From positions 192,758,001-192,822,000 of the forward strand of contig OZ024741.1 in NCBI GenBank assembly GCA_964016885.1: a stretch of DNA of 64,000 nucleotides, given 5' to 3'. The translations under genes were made by a program, and so were the position numbers. Shown piece by piece: positions 53,701-64,000 of this stretch. This DNA comes from Eledone cirrhosa (Eukaryota). How positions within the stretch are numbered: the first letter of the stretch is position 1; each line of letters opens with the position of its first letter. The notes below the pieces were generated by a model. It searched no databases, had not been told where the DNA came from, and saw nothing but the letters and a program-made list of their open reading frames with translations.

Positions 53701-56700
53701 AGTGTTGATGTAATGGTGATGGTGGTGGTGATAGTGTTGATGGTAATGGTGATGGTCGTGGTGATAGTGTTGATGATAATGGTGATGGTGGTGGTGATAG
53801 TGTTGATGTTAATGGTGATGGTGGTGGTGATAGTGTTGATGATAATGGTGATGGTGGTGGTGATAGTGTTGATGGTAATGGTGATGTGGTGGTGATAGTG
53901 TTGATGGTAATGGTGATGATGGTGGTGATAGTGTTGATGGTAATGGTGATGGGTTGTGATAGTGTTGATGGTATGTGGTGGTGTGATAGTGTTGATGATA
54001 ATGCTGATGATGGTGGTGATAGTGTTGATGATAATGGTGATGGTGGTGATAGTGTTGATGGTAATGGTGATGTGATAGTGTTGATGATAATGGTGATGGT
54101 GGTGGTGATAGTTTTGATGGTAATGGTGATGATGGTGGTGGTGATAGTGTTGATGTAATGGTAATGGTGGTGGTGATAGTGTTGATGATAATGGTGATGA
54201 TGGTGGTGGTGATAGTGTTGATGATAATGGATGGTGGTGTGATAGTGTTGATGGTAATGGTGATGATGGTGGTGATAGTGTTGATGGTAATGGTGATGGT
54301 GGTGGTGATAGTGTTGATGGTAATGGTGATGATGGTGGTGGTGATAGTGTTGATGATAATGCTGATGATGGTGGTGATAGTGTTTGATGATAATGGTGAT
54401 GGTGGTGATAGTGTTGATGGTAATGGTGATGGTGGTGGTGATAGTGTTGATGATAATGGTGATGGTGGTGGTGATAGTGTTGATGGTAATGATGATGATG
54501 GTGGTGGTGATAGTGTTGATGGTAATGGTAATGGTGGTGGTGATAGTGTTGATGATAATGGTGATGATGGTGGTGGTGATAGTGTTGATGATAATGGTGA
54601 TGGTGGTGGTGATAGTGTTGATGGTAATGGTGATGATGGTGGTGGTGATAGTGTTGATGATAATGGTGATGGTGGTGGTGATAGTGTTGATGATAATGGT
54701 GATGATGGTGATGATAGTGTTGATGATAATGCTGATGATGGTGGTGATAGTGTTGATGGTAATGGTGATGATGGTGGTGATAGTGTTGATGATAATGGTG
54801 ATGGTGGTGGTGATAGTGTCGATGATAATGCTGATGATGGTGGTGATAGTGTTGATGGTAATGGTGATGGTGGTGGTGATAGTGTTGATGGTAATGGTGA
54901 TGATGGTGGTGATAGTGTTGATGATATTGGTGATGGTGGTGGTGATAGTGTTGATGATAATGGTGATGGTGGTGGTGATAGTGTTGATGATAGTGGTGAT
55001 GGTGGTGGTGATAGTGTTAATGATAATGGTGATGATGGTGATGATAGTGTTGATGGTAATGGTGATGGTGGTGGTGGTAGTGTTGATGATAATGGTGATG
55101 ATGGTGGTGATAGTGTTGATGATAATGGTGATGGTGGTGGTGATAGTGTTGATGGTAATGGTGATGATGGTGGTGATAGTGTTGATGATAATGGTGATGG
55201 TGGTGGTGATAGTGTTGATGGTAATGGTGATGGTGGTGGTGATAGTGTTGATGGTAATGGTGATGGTGGTGGTGATAGTGTTGATGATAATGGTGATGAT
55301 GGTGGTGATAGTGTTTATGATAATGGTGATGGTGGTGGTGATAGTGTTGATGATAATGGTGATGGTGGTGGTGATAGTGTTGATGATAGTGGTGATGGTG
55401 GTGGTGATAGTGTTGATGATAGTGGTGATGGTGGTGGTGATAGTGTTGATGATAGTGGTGATGGTGGTGGTGATAGTGTTGATGGTAATGGTGATGGTGG
55501 TGGTGATAGTGTTGATGATAGTGGTGATGGTGGTGGTGATAGTGTTGATGATAATGGTGATGGTGGTGGTGATAGTGTTGATGGTAATGGTGATGGTGGT
55601 GGTGATAGTGTTGATGATAGTGGTGATGGTGGTGGTGATAGTGTTGATGGTAATGGTGATGGTGGTGGTGATAGTGTTGATGGTAATGGTGATGGTGGTG
55701 GTGATAGTGTTGATGATAATGGTGATGATGGTGGTGGTGATAGTGTTGATGATAATGGTGATGGTGGTGGTGATAGTGTTGATGATAATGGTGATGATGG
55801 TGGTGATAGTGTTGATGATAATGGTGATGGTGGTGGTGGTGATAGTGTTGATGATAGTGGTGATGGTGGTGGTGATAGTGTTGATGGTAATGGTGATGGT
55901 GGTGGTGATAGTGTTGATGGTAATGGTGATGATGGTGGTGATAGTGTTGATGGTAATGTGATGGTGGTGGTGATAGTGTTGATGGTAATGGTGATGATGG
56001 TGGTGATAGTGTTGATGATAATGGTGATGGTGGTGGTGATAGTGTTGATGATAATGGTGATGGTGGTGGTGATAGTGTTGATGGTAATGGTGATGGTGGT
56101 GGTGATAGTGTTGATGGTAATGGTGATGATGGTGGTGATAGTGTTGATGATAATGGTGATGGTGGTGGTGGTGATAGTGTTGATGATAGTGGTGATGGTG
56201 GTGGTGATAGTGTTGATGATAATGGTGATGGTGGTGGTGGTGATAGTGTTGATGATAGTGGTGATGGTGGTGGTGATAGTGTTGATGGTAATGGTGATGG
56301 TGGTGGTGATAGTGTTGATGGTAATGGTGATGGTGGTGGTGATAGTGTTGATGGTAATGGTGATGGTGGTGGTGATAGCGTTGATGATGGTGGTGATAGT
56401 GTTGATGATAATGGTGATGGTGGTGGTGATAGTGTTGATGGTAATGGTGATGGTGGTGGTGATAGTGTTGATGGTAATGGTGATGGTCGTGGTGATAGTG
56501 TTGATGATAATGGTGATGGTGGTGGTGATAGTGTTGATGGTAATGGTGATGGTGGTGGTGATAGTGTTGATGATAATGGTGATGGTGGTGGTGATAGTGT
56601 TGATGGTAATGGTGATGGTGGTGGTGATAGTGTTGATGGTAATGGTGATGATGGTGGTGATAGTGTTGATGGTAATGGTGATGGTGGTGGTGATAGTGTT

Positions 56701-59700
56701 GATGGTAATGGTGATGATGGTGGTGGTGATAGTGTTGATGATAATGCTGATGATGGTGGTGATAGTGTTGATGATAATGGTGATGGTGGTGATAGTGTTG
56801 ATGGTAATGGTGATGGTGGTGGTGATAGTGTTGATGATAATGGTGAGGTGGTGATAGTGTTGATGGTAATGGTGATGATGGTGGTGGTGATAGTGTTGAT
56901 GGTAATGGTAATGGTGGTGGTGATAGTGTTGATGATAATGGTGATGATGGTGGTGGTGATAGTGTTGATGATAATGGTGATGGTGGTGGTGATAGTGTTG
57001 ATGGTAATGGTGATGATGGTGGTGATAGTGTTGATGGTAATGGTGATGGTGGTGGTGATAGTGTTGATGGTAATGGTGATGATGGTGGTGGTGATAGTGT
57101 TGATGATAATGCTGATGATGGTGGTGATAGTGTTGATGATAATGGTGATGGTGGTGATAGTGTTGATGGTAATGGTGATGGTGGTGGTGATAGTGTTGAT
57201 GATAATGGTGATGGTGGTGGTGATAGTGTTGATGGTAATGATGATGATGGTGGTGGTGATAGTGTTGATGGTAATGGTAATGGTGGTGGTGATAGTGTTG
57301 ATGATAATGGTGATGATGGTGGTGGTGATAGTGTTGATGATAATGGTGATGGTGGTGGTGATAGTGTTGATGGTAATGGTGATGATGGTGGTGGTGATAG
57401 TGTTGATGATAATGGTGATGGTGGTGGTGATAGTGTTGATGATAATGGTGATGATGGTATAATGGTGATGATGGTGATGATGGTGTCGATGATAATGCTG
57501 ATGATGGTGGTGATAGTGTTGATGGTAATGGTGATGATGGTGGTGATAGTGTTGATGATAATGGTAATGGTGGTGGTGATAGTGTCGATGATAATGCTGA
57601 TGATGGTGGTGATAGTGTTGATGGTAATGGTGATGGTGGTGGTGATAGTGTTGATGGTAATGGTGATGATGGTGGTGATAGTGTTGATGATAGTGGTGAT
57701 GGTGGTGGTGATAGTGTTGATGGTAATGGTGATGGTGGTGGTGATAGTGTTGATGGTAATGGTGATGATGGTGGTGATAGTGTTGATGGTAATGGTGATG
57801 GTGGTGGTGATAGTGTTGATGGTAATGGTGATGATGGTGGTGGTGATAGTGTTGATGATAATGCTGATGATGGTGGTGATAGTGTTGATGATAATGGTGA
57901 TGGTGGTGATAGTGTTGATGGTAATGGTGGTGGTGGTGGTGGTAGTGTTGATGATAGTGGTGATGGTGGTGGTGGTGATAGTGTTGATGATAATGGTGAT
58001 GATGGTGGTGATAGTGTTGATGATAATGGTGATGATGGTGGTGATAGTGTTGATGATAGTGGTGATGGTGGTGGTGGTGATAGTGTTGATGATAATGGTG
58101 ATGATGGTGGTGGTGATAGTGTTGATGATAATGGTGATGGTGATGATGATGATAGTGTTGATGATAGTGGTGATGGTGGTGGTGGTGATAGTGTTGATGA
58201 TAATGGTGATGATGGTGGTGGTGATAGTGTTGATGATAATGGTGATGATGGTGATAGTGTTGATGATAATGGTGATGATGGTGATGATAGTGTTGATGAT
58301 AATGGTGATGGTGGTGGTGATAGTGTTGATGGTAATGGTGATGGTGGTGGTGGTGATAGTGTTGATGATAATGGTGATGATGGTGGTGGTGATAGTGTTG
58401 ATGATAATGGTGATGATGGTGATGATAGTGTTGATGGTAATGGTGATGGTGGTGGTGGTAGTGTAGATGGTAATGGTGGTGATGGTGATGATAGTGTTGA
58501 TGATAGTGGTGATGATGGTGGTGATAGTGTTGATGATAATGGTGATGATGGTGATAGTGTTGATGATAATGGTGATGGTGGTGGTGATAGTGTTGATGAT
58601 AGTGGTGATGGTGGTGGTGATAGTGTTAATGATAATGGTGATGATGGTGATGATAGTGTTGATGGTAATGGTGATGGTGGTGGTGGTAGTGTTGATGATA
58701 ATGGTGATGATGGTGGTGATAGTGTTGATGATAATGGTGATGGTGGTGGTGATAGTGTTGATGGTAATGGTGATGATGGTGGTGATAGTGTTGATGATAA
58801 TGGTGATGGTGGTGGTGATAGTGTTGATGGTAATGGTGATGGTGGTGGTGATAGTGTTGATGGTAATGGTGATGGTGGTGGTGATAGTGTTGATGATAAT
58901 GGTGATGATGGTGGTGATAGTGTTTATGATAATGGTGATGGTGGTGGTGATAGTGTTGATGATAATGGTGATGGTGGTGGTGATAGTGTTGATGATAGTG
59001 GTGATGGTGGTGGTGATAGTGTTGATGATAGTGGTGATGGTGGTGGTGATAGTGTTGATGATAGTGGTGATGGTGGTGGTGATAGTGTTGATGGTAATGG
59101 TGATGGTGGTGGTGATAGTGTTGATGATAGTGGTGATGGTGGTGGTGATAGTGTTGATGATAATGGTGATGGTGGTGGTGATAGTGTTGATGGTAATGGT
59201 GATGGTGGTGGTGATAGTGTTGATGATAGTGGTGATGGTGGTGGTGATAGTGTTGATGGTAATGGTGATGGTGGTGGTGATAGTGTTGATGATAGTGGTG
59301 ATGGTGGTGGTGATAGTGTTGATGATAATGGTGATGATGGTGGTGGTGATAGTGTTGATGATAATGGTGATGGTGGTGGTGATAGTGTTGATGATAATGG
59401 TGATGATGGTGGTGATAGTGTTGATGATAATGGTGATGGTGGTGGTGGTGATAGTGTTGATGATAGTGGTGATGGTGGTGGTGATAGTGTTGATGGTAAT
59501 GGTGATGGTGGTGGTGATAGTGTTGATGGTAATGGTGATGATGGTGGTGATAGTGTTGATGGTAATGATGATGGTGGTGGTGATAGTGTTGATGGTAATG
59601 GTGATGATGGTGGTGATAGTGTTGATGATAATGGTGATGGTGGTGGTGATAGTGTTGATGATAATGGTGATGGTGGTGGTGATAGTGTTGATGGTAATGG

Positions 59701-62700
59701 TGATGGTGGTGGTGATAGTGTTGATGGTAATGGTGATGATGGTGGTGATAGTGTTGATGATAATGGTGATGGTGGTGGTGGTGATAGTGTTGATGATAGT
59801 GGTGATGGTGGTGGTGATAGTGTTGATGATAATGGTGATGGTGGTGGTGGTGATAGTGTTGATGATAGTGGTGATGGTGGTGGTGATAGTGTTGATGGTA
59901 ATGGTGATGGTGGTGGTGATAGTGTTGATGGTAATGGTGATGGTGGTGGTGATAGTGTTGATGGTAATGGTGATGGTGGTGGTGATAGCGTTGATGATGG
60001 TGGTGATAGTGTTGATGATAATGGTGATGGTGGTGGTGATAGTGTTGATGGTAATGGTGATGGTGGTGGTGATAGTGTTGATGGTAATGGTGATGGTCGT
60101 GGTGATAGTGTTGATGATAATGGTGATGGTGGTGGTGATAGTGTTGATGGTAATGGTGATGGTGGTGGTGATAGTGTTGATGATAATGGTGATGGTGGTG
60201 GTGATAGTGTTGATGGTAATGGTGATGGTGGTGGTGATAGTGTTGATGGTAATGGTGATGATGGTGGTGATAGTGTTGATGGTAATGGTGATGGTGGTGG
60301 TGATAGTGTTGATGGTAATGGTGATGATGGTGGTGGTGATAGTGTTGATGATAATGCTGATGATGGTGGTGATAGTGTTGATGATAATGGTGATGGTGGT
60401 GATAGTGTTGATGGTAATGGTGATGGTGGTGGTGATAGTGTTGATGATAATGGTGATGGTGGTGGTGATAGTGTTGATGGTAATGGTGATGATGGTGGTG
60501 GTGATAGTGTTGATGGTAATGGTAATGGTGGTGGTGATAGTGTTGATGATAATGGTGATGATGGTGGTGGTGATAGTGTTGATGATAATGGTGATGGTGG
60601 TGGTGATAGTGTTGATGGTAATGGTGATGATGGTGGTGATAGTGTTGATGGTAATGGTGATGGTGGTGGTGATAGTGTTGATGGTAATGGTGATGATGGT
60701 GGTGGTGATAGTGTTGATGATAATACTGATGATGGTGGTGATAGTGTTGATGATAATGGTGATGGTGGTGATAGTGTTGATGGTAATGGTGATGGTGGTG
60801 GTGATAGTGTTGATGATAATGGTGATGGTGGTGGTGATAGTGTTGATGGTAATGATGATGATGGTGGTGGTGATAGTGTTGATGGTAATGGTAATGGTGG
60901 TGGTGATAGTGTTGATGATAATGGTGATGATGGTGGTGGTGATAGTGTTGATGATAATGGTGATGGTGGTGGTGATAGTGTTGATGGTAATGGTGATGAT
61001 GGTGGTGGTGATAGTGTTGATGATAATGGTGATGGTGGTGGTGATAGTGTTGATGATAATGGTGATGATGGTGATGATGGTGTCGATGATAATGCTGATG
61101 ATGGTGGTGATAGTGTTGATGGTAATGGTGATGATGGTGGTGATAGTGTTGATGATAATGGTAATGGTGGTGGTGATAGTGTCGATGATAATGCTGATGA
61201 TGGTGGTGATAGTGTTGATGGTAATGGTGATGGTGGTGGTGATAGTGTTGATGATAATGGTGATGGTGGTGGTGATAGTGTTGATGGTAATGGTGATGGT
61301 GGTGGTGATAGTGTTGATGGTAATGGTGATGGTCGTGGTGATAGTGTTGATGATAATGGTGATGGTGGTGGTGATAGTGTTGATGGTAATGGTGTTGGTG
61401 GTGGTGATAGTGTTGATGATAATGGTGATGGTGGTGGTGATAGTGTTGATGGTAATGGTGATGGTGGTGGTGATAGTGTTGATGGTAATGGTGATGATGG
61501 TGGTGATAGTGTTGATGGTAATGGTGATGGTGGTGGTGATAGTGTTGATGGTAATGGTGATGATGGTGGTGGTGATAGTGTTGATGATAATGCTGATGAT
61601 GGTGGTGATAGTGTTGATGATAATGGTGATGGTGGTGATAGTGTTGATGGTAATGGTGATGGTGGTGGTGATAGTGTTGATGATAATGGTGGTGGTGATA
61701 GTGTTGATGGTAATGGTGATGATGGTGGTGGTGATAGTGTTGATGGTAATGGTAATGGTGGTGGTGATAGTGTTGATGATAATGGTGATGATGGTGGTGG
61801 TGATAGTGTTGATGATAATGGTGATGGTGGTGGTGATAGTGTTGATGGTAATGGTGATGATGGTGGTGATAGTGTTGATGGTAATGGTGATGGTGGTGGT
61901 GATAGTGTTGATGGTAATGGTGATGATGGTGGTGGTGATAGTGTTGATGATAATGCTGATGATGGTGGTGATAGTGTTGATGATAATGGTGATGGTGGTG
62001 ATAGTGTTGATGGTAATGGTGATGGTGGTGGTGATAGTGTTGATGATAATGGTGATGGTGGTGGTGATAGTGTTGATGGTAATGATGATGATGGTGGTGG
62101 TGATAGTGTTGATGGTAATGGTAATGGTGGTGGTGATAGTGTTGATGATAATGGTGATGATGGTGGTGGTGATAGTGTTGATGATAATGGTGATGGTGGT
62201 GGTGATAGTGTTGATGGTAATGGTGATGATGGTGGTGGTGATAGTGTTGATGATAATGGTGATGGTGGTGGTGATAGTGTTGATGATAATGGTGATGATG
62301 GTGATGATGGTGTCGATGATAATGCTGATGATGGTGGTGATAGTGTTGATGGTAATGGTGATGATGGTGGTGATAGTGTTGATGATAATGGTAATGGTGG
62401 TGGTGATAGTGTCGATGATAATGCTGATGATGGTGGTGATAGTGTTGATGGTAATGGTGATGGTGGTGGTGATAGTGTTGATGGTAATGGTGATGATGGT
62501 GGTGATAGTGTTGATGATAGTGGTGATGGTGGTGGTGATAGTGTTGATGGTAATGGTGATGGTGGTGGTGATAGTGTTGATGGTAATGGTGATGATGGTG
62601 GTGATAGTGTTGATGGTAATGGTGATGGTGGTGGTGATAGTGTTGATGGTAATGGTGATGATGGTGGTGGTGATAGTGTTGATGATAATGCTGATGATGG

Positions 62701-64000
62701 TGGTGATAGTGTTGATGATAATGGTGATGGTGGTGATAGTGTTGATGGTAATGGTGGTGGTGGTGGTGGTAGTGTTGATGATAGTGGTGATGGTGGTGGT
62801 GGTGATAGTGTTGATGATAATGGTGATGATGGTGGTGATAGTGTTGATGATAATGGTGATGATGGTGGTGATAGTGTTGATGATAGTGGTGATGGTGGTG
62901 GTGGTGATAGTGTTGATGATAATGGTGATGATGGTGGTGGTGATAGTGTTGATGATAATGGTGATGGTGATGATGATGATAGTGTTGATGATAGTGGTGA
63001 TGGTGGTGGTGGTGATAGTGTTGATGATAATGGTGATGATGGTGGTGGTGATAGTGTTGATGATAATGGTGATGATGGTGATAGTGTTGATGATAATGGT
63101 GATGATGGTGATGATAGTGTTGATGATAATGGTGATGGTGGTGGTGATAGTGTTGATGGTAATGGTGATGGTGGTGGTGGTGATAGTGTTGATGATAATG
63201 GTGATGATGGTGGTGGTGATAGTGTTGATGATAATGGTGATGATGGTGATGATAGTGTTGATGGTAATGGTGATGGTGGTGGTGGTAGTGTAGATGGTAA
63301 TGGTGGTGATGGTGATGATAGTGTTGATGATAGTGGTGATGATGGTGGTGATAGTGTTGATGATAATGGTGATGATGGTGATAGTGTTGATGATAATGGT
63401 GATGGTGGTGGTGATAGTGTTGATGATAGTGGTGATGGTGGTGGTGATAGTGTTAATGATAATGGTGATGATGGTGATGATAGTGTTGATGGTAATGGTG
63501 ATGGTGGTGGTGGTAGTGTTGATGATAATGGTGATGATGGTGGTGATAGTGTTGATGATAATGGTGATGGTGGTGGTGATAGTGTTGATGGTAATGGTGA
63601 TGATGGTGGTGATAGTGTTGATGATAATGGTGATGGTGGTGGTGATAGTGTTGATGGTAATGGTGATGGTGGTGGTGATAGTGTTGATGGTAATGGTGAT
63701 GGTGGTGGTGATAGTGTTGATGATAATGGTGATGATGGTGGTGATAGTGTTTATGATAATGGTGATGGTGGTGGTGATAGTGTTGATGATAATGGTGATG
63801 GTGGTGGTGATAGTGTTGATGATAGTGGTGATGGTGGTGGTGATAGTGTTGATGATAGTGGTGATGGTGGTGGTGATAGTGTTGATGATAGTGGTGATGG
63901 TGGTGGTGATAGTGTTGATGGTAATGGTGATGGTGGTGGTGATAGTGTTGATGATAGTGGTGATGGTGGTGGTGATAGTGTTGATGATAATGGTGATGGT
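50715..64000. repeat. Satellite array >13 kb with 33-bp consensus GATAGTGTTGATGATAATGGTGATGGTGGTGGT (30/36-bp variants); continues past the window end
   Basis: Regular units begin at ~50980 after a degenerate GGT/AGT/GAT lead-in. Rare variants recur at kb spacing. Confidence 0.97.

Noticed and set aside
50701-63293. Giant ORFs (535-1608 aa) as real protein genes
   Set aside because: They are translations of a triplet-phased satellite in several frames, with almost no synonymous variation and no unique domain.

Overview
Repeat-saturated eukaryotic (animal) DNA with no confidently identifiable host gene. The microsatellite and SINE repertoire suggests a coleoid cephalopod (octopus-like), which is an inference. 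Main contents: (1) a nested cluster at 1-7.8 kb of R4/Dong, CRE and Tx1-like non-LTR remnants plus a Buster-type hAT MITE with a perfect 8-bp TSD; (2) tRNA-derived SINEs; (3) an RTE/Rex3-like fragment; (4) several Penelope-like elements (PLEs), including a Naiad-type RT+GIY-YIG copy, with many type I hammerhead ribozyme motifs, some inside palindromes; (5) two near full-length Tx1/L1-like LINEs in head-to-tail tandem at 20-31.8 kb; (6) an R4/Dong element with an uninterrupted ~1180-codon ORF inserted in (TAA)n, followed by a 5'-truncated tandem copy; (7) a >13-kb satellite with a 33-bp unit and kb-scale higher-order duplications. The most interesting signals are a splice-donor/acceptor pair at the ORF1-ORF2 junction of both Tx1 copies that would fuse the ORFs in frame, covarying 5'UTR hairpins in those copies, hammerhead-bearing fold-back palindromes, an in-frame TGA at a probable Cys position in the Naiad PLE, and the apparently intact Dong ORF. 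All calls come from reading the sequence by eye; no searches or folding programs were run.
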